A stretch of 64,000 nt of DNA from an uncultured Chloroflexia bacterium (lineage in GTDB: Bacteria > Chloroflexota > Dehalococcoidia > Dehalococcoidales > RBG-16-60-22): assembly GCA_963796365.1 (NCBI GenBank), contig CAWCLJ010000004.1:1162519-1226518 (forward strand), written 5' to 3'. The translations under genes and the position numbers were made by a program. The notes under the pieces were generated by a model. That model saw only the letters and a program-made list of their open reading frames with translations, was not told the DNA's origin and searched no databases. Below, piece after piece: positions 51,546-62,705 of the stretch (its first letter is position 1; the number at the start of each line of letters is the position of its first letter).

Positions 51546-52958
51546 ATGGCAAAATCATCACAAAAAACCGTTTTTATGTGCCGCGAATGCGGCTATGAAA
51601 GCGCCAAGTGGTTCGGCCGCTGCCCGGAGTGCCAGGCCTGGAACAGCTTTAGCGAAATGAACGTTAAAGCGACCAAAGCGCCCACCCGGCGCCCCACCGC
51701 CCCGCTTTCTGCCCCGCAGGAGCTTTCGGAAGTCGAAATCCAGGCCCACGACCGCCGTCCTGTTCCTCTCAGCGAGTTCAACCGGGTCCTTGGCGGCGGG
51801 CTCGTCTCCGGCTCTTTAGTGCTCATCAGCGGCGACCCCGGCATCGGCAAATCGACGCTTCTATTGCAGGCAGCCGCCTCCATGGCTAACGATAACCGGC
51901 GCGTCGTCTATGTCACCGGCGAGGAAACAGCCGGTCAGATAAAAATAAGGGCCAACCGGCTGGGTCTCGAAGGCGGCGGGCTTTTCGTTCTGGCGGAAAC
52001 TGCCCTTGATGCCGTTCTTGAAGAAGCCGAGCGCATCAAACCCGCTTTGCTGGTGGTGGACTCCATCCAGACGGTCTACATCCCGGAACTGGAATCCGCC
52101 GCCGGCAGCGTGACCCAGGTAAGGGACGGCACCATGCGCCTGATGAATTGGGCCAAGTCCACCGGCGTCCCCGTCTTTATCACCGGCCACGTTACCAAGG
52201 AGGGCGCCATCGCCGGGCCGCGCATTTTAGAGCATATCGTCGATGTTGTTTTATACCTGGAGGGCGAACCCTTCAGCGCTTACAGGTTATTACGCTCCGT
52301 GAAAAACCGCTTCGGCTCTACTAATGAAGTCGGTGTTTTCGAGATGAAAGAGGAAGGCATGATCGAGGTGGAAAACCCCTCGCTGGCTTTCCTTTCCCAG
52401 CGGGGCACGGAAACAATCGGCAGCGCCGTCGTACCGGTCATCGAGGGTTCACGGCCTCTGCTGGTGGAAATCCAGGCCTTAACGACCTTTAACAGTTTCG
52501 GCCAGGTGCGGCGTACCGCTAACGGCGTTGACTTTAACCGGCTCTTGCTCGTGGCGGCGGTGCTTTCCAGGAGGGTGGGACTGAAATTAAGCAACCAGGA
52601 CATCATCGTTAACGTCACCGGCGGCCTCAAAGTCGGCGAGCCGGCGGCGGACCTCGCCATGGCCTTGGCGATTACCTCATCCTACCGCGATGTGGAGGTT
52701 AAACCGGAGCTGGCAGCCATCGGGGAGGTGGGCTTAAGCGGCGAGCTGCGCCCCGCCGCCCAGATGGATAGAAGGCTGGCGGAAGTCGCCCGCCTCGGCT
52801 TTACCAAATGCATCATCCCCCGCACCGGCGCCCAACTCAAACCCCCTGAAAAATTAGAACTCGTGGTTGCCGGCACTTTAAGGGAAGCCGTTTTCAAAGG
52901 CCTTAAAGAAGGCGGCCCGAAGACCAAGGAAAAGGAAGAGGAAGATGGCGGAGGCTAA
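51546..52958 (+). CDS. radA: DNA repair protein RadA/Sms
   Basis: Zinc finger 'CRECGYESAKWFGRCPECQAWNS', 'GDPGIGKSTLLLQ', 'KNRFG', and a Lon-like C-terminal domain. Confidence 0.95.
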   Translation: MAKSSQKTVFMCRECGYESAKWFGRCPECQAWNSFSEMNVKATKAPTRRPTAPLSAPQELSEVEIQAHDRRPVPLSEFNRVLGGGLVSGSLVLISGDPGIGKSTLLLQAAASMANDNRRVVYVTGEETAGQIKIRANRLGLEGGGLFVLAETALDAVLEEAERIKPALLVVDSIQTVYIPELESAAGSVTQVRDGTMRLMNWAKSTGVPVFITGHVTKEGAIAGPRILEHIVDVVLYLEGEPFSAYRLLRSVKNRFGSTNEVGVFEMKEEGMIEVENPSLAFLSQRGTETIGSAVVPVIEGSRPLLVEIQALTTFNSFGQVRRTANGVDFNRLLLVAAVLSRRVGLKLSNQDIIVNVTGGLKVGEPAADLAMALAITSSYRDVEVKPELAAIGEVGLSGELRPAAQMDRRLAEVARLGFTKCIIPRTGAQLKPPEKLELVVAGTLREAVFKGLKEGGPKTKEKEEEDGGG

Positions 52959-53544
52959 AAAGACTTACGCCGTTGCCCTGGTACTTTCAGATAAAACAGC
53001 GGAAAAATTAAGCCAGTTACGCACGGACTATCAGCAGGTAATGGATTATAATATCATCCCCCATATAACGCTGGTATACCGTTTCTCACCGGTGTTCAGC
53101 CTGTTCCAGATAAATGAGCAGCTGGAAAAAGTGGCCAAAAGATACGAGCAATTCAACATAACTCTAAATGGCATCGGATTCTTTGAAAACGGCAACAATG
53201 TAGTTTACGCCTCGCTGGAGAATATCCGGCCGGTAAAAAAACTGCATACGGATATTATCGGGTCCCTGGAAAGCTTTATAAAAGAGTGGCATACCGATGG
53301 AGAATATAACCTGGAGAGATATGTCCCGCATGTGACGATCGGCTCAAAAATCCCGGATAGTATTTTCCCGGAAATAAAAAAGAAGTATGCCAGGTACAGA
53401 CTAAATTATGAAGATACCATAACGCATTTCAGCCTTTTCTCGGAGAAAAGAGGCACCTGGGAAAGAAAAAGGGTATACAAGCTGGGGAATCAGGGAAAAG
53501 AGCGGAAGTTCCCCAAAAATATCGGGCCGGCTTTTATTATTTGA
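52945..53544 (+). CDS. 2H phosphoesterase / LigT-like protein, paralog 1
   Basis: Two HxT motifs, 'PHITLVY' and 'PHVTIGS'. Overlaps the radA stop by 14 nt. Confidence 0.8.
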   Translation: MAEAKKTYAVALVLSDKTAEKLSQLRTDYQQVMDYNIIPHITLVYRFSPVFSLFQINEQLEKVAKRYEQFNITLNGIGFFENGNNVVYASLENIRPVKKLHTDIIGSLESFIKEWHTDGEYNLERYVPHVTIGSKIPDSIFPEIKKKYARYRLNYEDTITHFSLFSEKRGTWERKRVYKLGNQGKERKFPKNIGPAFII

Positions 53545-53553
53545 CCGCCCTAA

Positions 53554-53700
53554 GGCCAAATCCTCCTTATATGCTCCCTCAAAGGGAGGACAATTACCGG
53601 GTCAACAAATAAAGCTCTACATATAAAAGGCTAACATCGTCTCCCCTTTTAAGAGCCTGCCCCGTACCGCGATACGGGAGGAGATGAGAAAAGGATTCGA
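53554..53700 (+). repeat. ~148-bp composite intergenic block, copy 1
   Basis: Shares CAAATCCTCYTTATAT..CTCCCTYRAAAGGGAGGACAA and CTAACWTCGTCTCCCCTTTTAAGAGCCTGCCCCGTACCGCGATACGGGRGGAGATGAGARAAGGATTCG with 54462-54610. Confidence 0.8.
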
Positions 53701-53722
53701 GAGCAGGAGCGGAGGCGGATTC

Positions 53723-54271
53723 GTGATTTCAAATACTAACCTTTACGCCGTCGCCCTGACTTTTCCCGGGGAGCCGGAAATACTTTTAAGCAAGCTCCGC
53801 GAGCCGTTCCGTCCCCACATGCATTACGCTTTCCTTCCCCATATCACGCTGGTATATCCCTTCGCGCCTGCCCGCGATATTGAAGATGTCATTGCCCGGC
53901 TGGAAAAAGTGGCCGCTGGAACCCGTCCGTTCCGGCTGACGCTGGAAGGCATCAACTATTTTCAAACGGTTAATAATGTAGCTTACATCGCGATAAAAGA
54001 CAGAGAACCGGTCAATATCTTGGCTTTGAATATCGTGCAATCAATTAAAGACGTTATCACCGGTTACTACGCCGAGATGGAATATGACTACACCCATTAC
54101 ATTCCTCACATGACCATCGGGGAAAAGATACCGGCGCATATCTTCCCGGAGGTAAAAAAGCACTTTACTGATTACCAAATCCACCAAGAAGTGGATGTCA
54201 CTTATTTTTCCCTCGCCGGTGAGAATAACGGACTGTGGGAACAGTTGAGGACGTTTAAGTTTAAAGGATAA
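53723..54271 (+). CDS. 2H phosphoesterase / LigT-like protein, paralog 2
   Basis: 'PHITLVYPF' and 'PHMTIGEKI'. The listed ATG at 53684 lies inside the repeat block; GTG at 53723 is an alternative start. Confidence 0.75.
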   Translation: MISNTNLYAVALTFPGEPEILLSKLREPFRPHMHYAFLPHITLVYPFAPARDIEDVIARLEKVAAGTRPFRLTLEGINYFQTVNNVAYIAIKDREPVNILALNIVQSIKDVITGYYAEMEYDYTHYIPHMTIGEKIPAHIFPEVKKHFTDYQIHQEVDVTYFSLAGENNGLWEQLRTFKFKG

Positions 54272-54461
54272 AGACATCACATTCTTCTCCCTTGCGGGGA
54301 GAAAAAACATCGGGTTAATCCAACGGCTATCCCTTATTTTTATTCTCCCCCAAGAGGCGAGAATAAATTGGTAGTTTAACTTTGGGTACTGTAAACTAGT
54401 AACAAGAAATTAGTAACTTTCATCCAGAAAGCTCTTCATGCACAAACTCCTTTTAATTGAC

Positions 54462-54610
54462 GGCAAAATCCTCTTTATATCCTCCCTTGAAAGGGAGGAC
54501 AACTAATCGGCTGTTAAATGACGATTAATGCGCGAGAGGCTAACTTCGTCTCCCCTTTTAAGAGCCTGCCCCGTACCGCGATACGGGGGGAGATGAGAGA
54601 AGGATTCGTG
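54462..54610 (+). repeat. ~148-bp composite intergenic block, copy 2
   Basis: See 53554-53700. It ends with the same ..GAGATGAGAGAAGGATTCGTG context in front of the DUF559 gene. Confidence 0.8.
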
Positions 54611-54982
54611 ATACCTTATAATAAAAACCTCGTAGAATTAGCCAAAGATTTAAGAAACAACATGACGAAGGCGGAGAAGTGCCTTTGGACAAGAATCAAA
54701 TCAAAATCTTTGGGGTATGCTTTTTTCAGACAAAGGCCGATAGGAGAATATATCGCGGATTTCTATTGCCCGAAAGCATTTCTCGTGGTTGAGGTTGATG
54801 GCGAACGGCACCTTATGAAAGACGTAATAGAAAACGATAGTGTAAGAGACGAATATATGCATAGCCTTGGTTTAACTGTATTCAGGTTCTCAAACATAGA
54901 AGTGCTGGAGAATACCGATAAAACCGTAGAAAAAATCTACAAGTTCTTAGATAATAAATCCAAACCGGGAAGTATTGCGTGA
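54593..54982 (+). CDS. DUF559 (Vsr-like) endonuclease-domain protein
   Basis: 'LRNNMTKAEKCLW', 'FRQRPIGEYIADFYCPKAFLVVEVDG..H', 'D..RDEYMHSLGLTVFRFSN'. The start is uncertain (54518, 54593 or GTG 54608). Confidence 0.75.
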   Translation: MREGFVIPYNKNLVELAKDLRNNMTKAEKCLWTRIKSKSLGYAFFRQRPIGEYIADFYCPKAFLVVEVDGERHLMKDVIENDSVRDEYMHSLGLTVFRFSNIEVLENTDKTVEKIYKFLDNKSKPGSIA

Positions 54983-55767
54983 ACCGGTTGCTGCTTATCG
55001 ACGGCCATAACTTGCTCTTTAAAGCCTTTTTCGGCGTACCGGAGCAGCTTCTTTCCAGCGGTTTTCCCGTCCAGGGTATCACCGGCTTTATCGGGATGAC
55101 GGTAAAAATTATCCGGAATGTTAACCCCACCCACGTTCTGGTCGTCTTTGACCCTGAGGAGACCCCCTCCCGTACCGAGTTTTACCCGGAATACAAGTCC
55201 AACCGTAAGGATTACGGCGGTCTGCCGGATAAAGAAAATCCCTTCAGCCAGCTCGCCGGGATTAAAAATGCGCTGGAAAAAATCGGGATAAAATTCTGCG
55301 AGCAGCCCGGCTTTGAGGCGGATGACTTGATTGCCAGCTATGCTTCCGACCCTGAATACCAGACCGTCATCGTCTCCACGGATACGGATTTCTTCCAGCT
55401 CGTTAATAAGACTACCGCCGTCTATCATTATCACGGCAAAAATTCTATCTGGTATAACATCGGCGAGGTCGTTAAAAAATACGGCATTCAACCTTCCAGC
55501 TACCTCGACTATAAAGCGCTGGTGGGGGACAAATCGGACACGATAAGCGGCGTCAGAGGCATCGGCCCCAAGACCGCCCTCAAAGTCCTGCAGAACGAAA
55601 GGCCCCTCACCCCGGAAGAACAGGTCATCTTTGAAAGAAATAAAGAACTCATCCGACTCAACTGCCGCGTCAACCTGCCCTATCAAATGGATGAACTGAC
55701 TTATAACAACCGCCTCGAAATGTTCGGCATCGGGGCTATCTTAAGAAATGCCGGGGTTTTGGAATAG
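54979..55767 (+). CDS. stand-alone 5'-3' exonuclease (FEN / Pol I N-terminal domain type)
   Basis: 'LLLIDGHNLLFKAFF', 'EADDLIAS' and the H3TH 'GDKSDTISGVRGIGPKTA'. The GTG start overlaps the DUF559 stop (GTGA). Confidence 0.85.
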   Translation: MNRLLLIDGHNLLFKAFFGVPEQLLSSGFPVQGITGFIGMTVKIIRNVNPTHVLVVFDPEETPSRTEFYPEYKSNRKDYGGLPDKENPFSQLAGIKNALEKIGIKFCEQPGFEADDLIASYASDPEYQTVIVSTDTDFFQLVNKTTAVYHYHGKNSIWYNIGEVVKKYGIQPSSYLDYKALVGDKSDTISGVRGIGPKTALKVLQNERPLTPEEQVIFERNKELIRLNCRVNLPYQMDELTYNNRLEMFGIGAILRNAGVLE

Positions 55768-56363
55768 CTGCCAGCCTTTAGCTATCGGCTTTCAGTCCCC
55801 CCTGCCCCTTTTCCCCTTTTCCCCGCTCATCCTGAGCTTGTCGAAGGATATCATGCTGTAGGAGTCCTTCCGCTTTTAGTGAGCTATAGTTTACCTTGAG
55901 CGAAGTCGAAGGGAACTATCGGAAGAACGGCGAAGCATCTCAGGGCGGCGGGGTAATTATTCCTTAATTCTAAAATGTCCTCCCCACCCTGATATCCTTC
56001 GTCCGCCTGCGGCGTCCTCCAGGATGACAAGAAATATTATTTTACTCGTAACCTGGCTTCAATTTTTGACAAAATCCCCTTTACAACCTCCTCTCAACAC
56101 TACTATACTGAAAGCTGAAAACTGACTACTGATAAATCACTTGCACCTTTACAAATCAACAAAAATCGAATTATTTAGCAAGACAAAATATTAGTAAAAC
56201 ACAGCTAAATTAACATAATATATGGGAACGAATAACCGGACGAATCAGCTTCGGCCCAAAGTTAACTGGGTAAAAAATTGCTGAAAAAACGAATCGAATA
56301 AAAAGAGGTGGTCGGGTGGTGTAACTGTATACCGTAAACTGTTAACTCCACCAGGAGCAGCAT

Positions 56364-57047
56364 ATGGCAGATGTAAAAATCAAAGTAGCGGCGGTTATCG
56401 TCGCGGCGGGGGATAGCCAGCGCATGGACGGCATGGATAAAATCCTGGCCTGCATCGGCGGCCGGCCCGTCCTGGCGCGCGTCCTGGATACTTTCCAGAA
56501 TTGCGATAAGGTAGAGCAAATCATTGTCGTTATGAATTCCAAAAATCTCGATGAAGCCAAACAGCTTATTGCCAAAGAGAAGAAATGGAACAAGGTCACC
56601 GATGTCGTCGTCGGGGGAAAACGGCGGCAGGACTCGGTTATCGAAGGCCTGAAAAAACTCAAGACCTGTGAATGGATTGTTATTCACGATGGCGCCCGTC
56701 CCCTCATGCGCGCCGAGCTTATCGAAAAAGGCCTTGAAGCCGCCAAAGAGACCGGCGCCGCCGCCCCGGCCGTCCCGGTAACGGACACCATCAAATTTAT
56801 TAAAGACAGCGATCTCGTGGTGCAGACCCTTCCTCGCCAGAATCTAAGAGCCACCCAGACCCCGCAGGTCTTCCGCTTCGATGTTGTGCAGAACACCTAT
56901 AAATTTACCCCCGGTGAGTATACCGATGATGCCTCGCTCGTGGAAAAAGCCGGTTTTAAGGTTAAGCTTTTCCCGGGTGCTCATGATAACATTAAGATAA
57001 CCACCCCGGATGACCTCGCCATCGCCGAAATTTTACTGAAATATTAA
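56364..57047 (+). CDS. ispD: 2-C-methyl-D-erythritol 4-phosphate cytidylyltransferase
   Basis: 'AVIVAAGDSQRM', 'VVGGKRRQDSV', 'VIHDGARP', 'TQTPQVF'. Confidence 0.9.
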   Translation: MADVKIKVAAVIVAAGDSQRMDGMDKILACIGGRPVLARVLDTFQNCDKVEQIIVVMNSKNLDEAKQLIAKEKKWNKVTDVVVGGKRRQDSVIEGLKKLKTCEWIVIHDGARPLMRAELIEKGLEAAKETGAAAPAVPVTDTIKFIKDSDLVVQTLPRQNLRATQTPQVFRFDVVQNTYKFTPGEYTDDASLVEKAGFKVKLFPGAHDNIKITTPDDLAIAEILLKY

Positions 57048-57050
57048 AAA

Positions 57051-57155
57051 AGAGAGTCCAGAGAGACTAGTCTCTTTGGCGGGGGCTCCGGGGGTGTCCC
57101 CCGGCTTCTTCTCTTCCCGGGGAGGGGAAAAGGAGTGGGGCATCAGGATTTAGAG
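57051..57155 (+). repeat. family-A triple-hairpin element, copy A5
   Basis: AGAGAGTCCAGAGAGACTAGTCTCTTTGGCGGGGGCTCCGGGGGTGTCCCCCGGC..GGGGAGGGGAAAAGG..GGATTTAGAG, located between ispD and ispF. Confidence 0.8.
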
Positions 57156-57202
57156 TTTTCTTCACTTGTTATTTATTTAAAGAGGCATAAACAGGAATTG
57201 TT

Positions 57203-57676
57203 ATGAGAATTGGAAATGGATATGATGTCCACCCGCTCGTCCCGGGGCGGAAACTGGTGCTGGGCGGCGTGGAAATCCCTTTCGATAAAGGCCTTGAGGG
57301 CTGGAGCGATGCCGATGTCCTTACTCATGCCGTCATGGATGCCCTCCTCGGCGCCGCGGCTTTAGCGGATATCGGTCACCATTTCCCGCCCGGCCACGCC
57401 GATTATAAGGATATCTCCAGCCTCAACCTGCTTAAAGAGGTTGTCAAGAAGCTGGGGGAAAAGGGCTACCGGGTGGGAAATATAGACGTTACCGTGGTGG
57501 CGGAACGCCCCAGGCTCCGTGAATATATCGATGATATACGCGCTCTTTTAAGCAAAACGATGGGAATTGACATGGATAAAGTTAGCGTTAAAGCCAGCAC
57601 CAGCAATGGCCTCGGCTTTATCGGTAACGGGCAGGGCATTGCCGCCTATGCAGTGGCGCTGATAGAAGAGAAGTAA
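57203..57676 (+). CDS. ispF: 2-C-methyl-D-erythritol 2,4-cyclodiphosphate synthase
   Basis: 'MRIGNGYDVHPL', 'SDADVLTHAVMDALLGA', 'DIGHHFP'. Confidence 0.95.
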   Translation: MRIGNGYDVHPLVPGRKLVLGGVEIPFDKGLEGWSDADVLTHAVMDALLGAAALADIGHHFPPGHADYKDISSLNLLKEVVKKLGEKGYRVGNIDVTVVAERPRLREYIDDIRALLSKTMGIDMDKVSVKASTSNGLGFIGNGQGIAAYAVALIEEK

Positions 57677-57777
57677 ACACTACACAGTAGACAGTAAACG
57701 GTTGGTGGGATGGGGAGGAGGTACCGTTGATAAAAACTGTTAACTGTAGACTATAAACTATTGAAAAAGGAACAATT

Positions 57778-59223
57778 ATGAAAATCAGTGATACCCTGAC
57801 AGGTCAAAAAACCGAATTTAAACCTTTAAGCTCCCCGGTCACGATGTACGTCTGCGGCATCAATCCGTATGCGGACTCTCACATCGGCCACGCTATGAGC
57901 TATATTATTTTCGATGTCGTCCGGCGTTACCTGGAATTCCGCGGCTATAAAGTCAGGCACGTGGAAAACGTTACGGATGTCGAGGACAACATCATCAACC
58001 ATGCCAACCGCCTCGGTATCACCGTAAAAGAACTAACGACAAAGTACACCCAGCGCTATTTCGAGGACATGGCCGCGCTTAACATCCTTAAGCCCCATTT
58101 CGCTCCCCTCGCCACGGAGACTATCCCGGAAATCATCAAGACGACCCAAGGTCTTATCGATAAAGGCTTCGCTTATGCCGTCGGCGGCAATGTTTTTTTC
58201 CGTGTCCGTAAAGTATCGGACTACGGCAAGCTGTCCAAACGCACCCCGGAGCAAATGATGGCCGGGGCGCGTGTCGAAGCCGCCGAGCAGAAAGAAGACC
58301 CCATGGACTTCGCCCTCTGGAAAGAAGCCAAGCCCGGCGAGCCGTCCTGGGACAGCCCCTGGGGCAAAGGAAGGCCCGGCTGGCACATCGAGTGCTCCGC
58401 TATGTCCATGAAATTCCTCGGCGAGCAGATAGATATCCACGGCGGCGGCCAGGACGTCGTCTTCCCCCACCATGAAAATGAAATCGCCCAGTCGGAAAGC
58501 TACACCGGGAAAAAGCCCTTCGTCCAGCACTGGCTGCACAACGGCCTGCTGCAGTTAGGCGCGGAAAAGATGAGCAAGAGCCTCGGCAACCTTATCACCA
58601 TCCGCGATGCCCTTAAAAAATATACTTCCGATGGATTGCGTATTTTTGTATTAAGTTCGTACTATCGCAGCCCGCTTACCTATACCCAGGAGGCGATGGA
58701 TGCCGCCCAGACCGGCGCCGACCGGCTGCAGCGCGTGGCTGATAAGCAGACTACTGGCAAAGGAATGTTCGTTGACCCCAAGCCCTATTATGATAAATTC
58801 ATCGAAGCGATGGATGATGATTTTAATACCCCGCAGGCCATCGCCGTTCTCTTCGACCTTGCCCGGGACATCAACCGGGCGGAGGAAGACGGTAAAATCG
58901 CCGGCCAGGCCCGCCGCACGTTAAGGGAGTTGGGCGGTGTCCTGGGGCTGACCTTTAAATCCCGGGAAGAGACCCCTTTGGATGTCGAACCGCTCAAAAA
59001 ACTGGCCGAGAACATTTCGGAAAAAGCTAAAGCCGCCGGTATTTCTACCGCTGCTGTTCCACCAGATGTGGATGGTATTATGGCACTTTTGATCGATACC
59101 AGAAAAGAGCTGCGTCAAGTCAAGCAGTTCCAGCTCGCCGATGAAATCCGTAACGGTTTGAACGGAATCGGGATTATCCTGGAAGATACGCCCCAGGGCA
59201 CCACCTGGAAGCGGAAGCATTAA
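57778..59223 (+). CDS. cysS: cysteine--tRNA ligase
   Basis: HIGH-type 'DSHIGHA', 'GWHIECSAM' and 'KMSKSLGN'. Confidence 0.95.
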   Translation: MKISDTLTGQKTEFKPLSSPVTMYVCGINPYADSHIGHAMSYIIFDVVRRYLEFRGYKVRHVENVTDVEDNIINHANRLGITVKELTTKYTQRYFEDMAALNILKPHFAPLATETIPEIIKTTQGLIDKGFAYAVGGNVFFRVRKVSDYGKLSKRTPEQMMAGARVEAAEQKEDPMDFALWKEAKPGEPSWDSPWGKGRPGWHIECSAMSMKFLGEQIDIHGGGQDVVFPHHENEIAQSESYTGKKPFVQHWLHNGLLQLGAEKMSKSLGNLITIRDALKKYTSDGLRIFVLSSYYRSPLTYTQEAMDAAQTGADRLQRVADKQTTGKGMFVDPKPYYDKFIEAMDDDFNTPQAIAVLFDLARDINRAEEDGKIAGQARRTLRELGGVLGLTFKSREETPLDVEPLKKLAENISEKAKAAGISTAAVPPDVDGIMALLIDTRKELRQVKQFQLADEIRNGLNGIGIILEDTPQGTTWKRKH

Positions 59224-60275
59224 CCCCGGGCTTTTTCCGGCGATATCGCTCTGGAGCTCACCAGTCCCAGTCCCTCCAGGCTGAACACAATCACAAAAGC
59301 CGCCGCCAGTACCAAAAGCTGGCTGATGTTTGGTTTGGTGATTCTTAACCCTTCCAGTATAAAACTCACGGTATAAATAATTGTTATCAGGTGATCGTAG
59401 AGCATTGTCCTGATGCTTAATGATTCCTGGACCTTTTTATCCCTTATCCCCTGCTTCTGAATCGTGCGGATGTTCCAAACTATCAAAGGCAGCAGCAGAA
59501 TCGAGAAGTAAGCGCTGGCGGCTGGTACCTTGAAAAATACCATCGCAATAATGCTCGTGTAGCTGATAAACAGCACGGCAATATACAGGACGATTGCTTT
59601 ATCTATTCCCAGCCTGACCGCCAGGTTCCTTTTTCCGTATTGCGTATCTGATGTGATATCCGGTATTTCGTTAATCAGGATAACGAGAAAAACACTGAAA
59701 GCCCCCGGTAATGAAGCCAGCGTAGTGATGGCATTAAAACGCCCTGTTTGAAGATAATAGCCTATCGTCGTGGCCAGCCACCCGCAGGAAAACCAGATAC
59801 TTATTTCCCCCCACCCCCGGTAAGAAAGCCGGAAAGGACTGGACGTATACATGTACCCGATGGCGATAGCCAGTGCCCCCAGCGGAATGGTAAGAGGGCC
59901 GGTCTTGAAACCAAAAAACAGCCAGAGACCTATGCCCATAGCAATGACTGCGAAGATATAAGCCGCCAACAAGGCATGGCGGCGCGGGATAATACCTGTC
60001 GGCAGGACACGGCTGCCGCCGGAAAGCTTATGGTAATTTTGGTTGGCAATATCGGTACCGTAATCGTAATACTCGTTCACCAGGAAAGTCATCAGCATGA
60101 CGCAAATTACCGCCGCGGACGACAGGACTAATACTGTCCAATTTATCGGATTGCCCTGGCTCCAGGCAATGACTGCCCCGAGCAGGAAAGGTAGCACGCC
60201 GCGTGCCGTAGCCCCGAGCCGCAGTAGTGTCAGCCATGAAAATAATAAATTCAAAGAAGGCGAAAAATACCCCAA
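59220..60275 (-). CDS. UbiA-family prenyltransferase (MenA-like)
   Basis: 'VNEYYDYGTD' Asp-rich motif and about 9 TM segments. Its stop codon overlaps the cysS stop in the palindromic TTAA. Confidence 0.75.
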   Translation of the reverse strand: MGYFSPSLNLLFSWLTLLRLGATARGVLPFLLGAVIAWSQGNPINWTVLVLSSAAVICVMLMTFLVNEYYDYGTDIANQNYHKLSGGSRVLPTGIIPRRHALLAAYIFAVIAMGIGLWLFFGFKTGPLTIPLGALAIAIGYMYTSSPFRLSYRGWGEISIWFSCGWLATTIGYYLQTGRFNAITTLASLPGAFSVFLVILINEIPDITSDTQYGKRNLAVRLGIDKAIVLYIAVLFISYTSIIAMVFFKVPAASAYFSILLLPLIVWNIRTIQKQGIRDKKVQESLSIRTMLYDHLITIIYTVSFILEGLRITKPNISQLLVLAAAFVIVFSLEGLGLVSSRAISPEKARG

Positions 60276-60332
60276 CCGGTTTCTCCCTCCCGAATCTTAA
60301 TTAATGTAGTAATATCATATCGCTTATTACGA

Positions 60333-60371
60333 ATAAAATAAAACAAGGCACCGAGCTTTCTCGATGCCTTG
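60333..60371 (-). terminator. rho-independent terminator downstream of the DUF5679 gene
   Basis: The minus strand reads CAAGGCATCGAG-AAAG-CTCGGTGCCTTG (one mismatch) followed by TTTTATTTTATT. Confidence 0.7.
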
Positions 60372-60537
60372 TCTTTCTAGACAGCACACAATATTTCCAG
60401 GGCGGAATTATTTACGGAGAGCTTGTTGACTCACCGCAAGTCACCGCCGGTTTTTTTACCGTTCCGTTGGGATGGCGCTTTACCATTAACGTAACAACGC
60501 TTTATCCCGGCTGTGCTAAGAGGAAAATTACTTAATG

Positions 60538-60678
60538 TTATCCTTTGCCGATACGGAATACTTTCGTGCCGCAAGAGGGGCAGGAGCCCTGGGTGGCCGG
60601 TCTCTTGTTTTTAAGAGTGATGGCCTTAGGGTTCTTCATTTCAACTTTCTTCCTGCATTTCATGCAATAAGCCTGCAT
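60538..60678 (-). CDS. DUF5679 zinc-ribbon protein
   Basis: AAGGAGG then ATG at 60678. 'MQAYCMKCRKKVEMKNPKAITLKNKRPATQGSCPSCGTKVFRIGKG'. Confidence 0.8.
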   Translation of the reverse strand: MQAYCMKCRKKVEMKNPKAITLKNKRPATQGSCPSCGTKVFRIGKG

Positions 60679-60869
60679 CTCGCACCTCCTTATGCTTTCC
60701 TTGCCTAGCAGAGTAACAAAATTGAAGCTATTTGTCAATAGCTGCAGGCTCAAAAATAGTCACTAATTTTAGCCAAAAAGTATAAAAAATGGGGGAAAAG
60801 CCTGGTTAAAATGGGCTTAAAGCAGGTAAAAAATACGTGTTTTACTATTAGTGCTGAGCCTTAGTGAAA

Positions 60870-61067
60870 CTATTGAAGGACGATGAAAATAACGACCAGG
60901 ACGATGGTAAGCTGGAAGAGGGTTTTTTCCACGCCCCGCTTGGTGCGGTAGACCGTATCCGCCTGCCCGAAGATGCCGCCCAGCCCGCCGCCCTTTACCT
61001 GGAGCAAGGATACGACGATCAGGGCTACCGCCACGACAATCTGCGCAATATATAAATAATTTATCAT
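60870..61067 (-). CDS. secG: preprotein translocase subunit SecG
   Basis: 'IVVSLLQVKGGGLGGIFG' and two TM segments. Confidence 0.85.
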   Translation of the reverse strand: MINYLYIAQIVVAVALIVVSLLQVKGGGLGGIFGQADTVYRTKRGVEKTLFQLTIVLVVIFIVLQ

Positions 61068-62548
<1,481 letters not shown>

Positions 62549-62635
62549 ATGTATTTCAGTTCAAAGACAACATTTCCAGTATAGCAACAATAGCGTTGGA
62601 GCGTGACAAGATATATGGAGACAGCCTGTAATTTA

Positions 62636-62644
62636 TGCTATAAT
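62636..62644 (+). promoter_or_regulatory. extended -10 element in front of the tRNA fragment
   Basis: TGcTATAAT ends 14 nt before the first tRNA nucleotide. Confidence 0.5.
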
Positions 62645-62658
62645 TTTTACGTTACTGC

Positions 62659-62705
62659 GGGGCCGTAGTTCACTCGGGAGAACGTCGCGTTTGCATCGCG
62701 CAGTC
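62659..62705 (+). pseudogene. tRNA-Ala(UGC) 5' fragment (acceptor 5' strand, D-arm, anticodon arm only)
   Basis: GGGGCCG-TA-GTTC-ACTCGGGA-GAAC-G-TCGCG-TTTGCAT-CGCGC. No T-arm or 3' acceptor strand follows; the sequence turns AT-rich instead. Confidence 0.7.

Noticed and set aside
59220-59223. Overlapping convergent stop codons of cysS and the UbiA-family gene (TTAA).
   Set aside because: The overlap is real in the sequence, but it is a trivial consequence of compact gene packing. It leaves no room for a terminator and suggests no specific mechanism.
60372-60537. Possible small RNA (SRP, 6S or tRNA-like) in the 165 nt between the DUF5679 stop and its terminator.
   Set aside because: I found only ~6 bp of long-range complementarity and no conserved SRP or 6S motifs by eye. 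This is insufficient evidence, and the stretch may simply be a 3' UTR.
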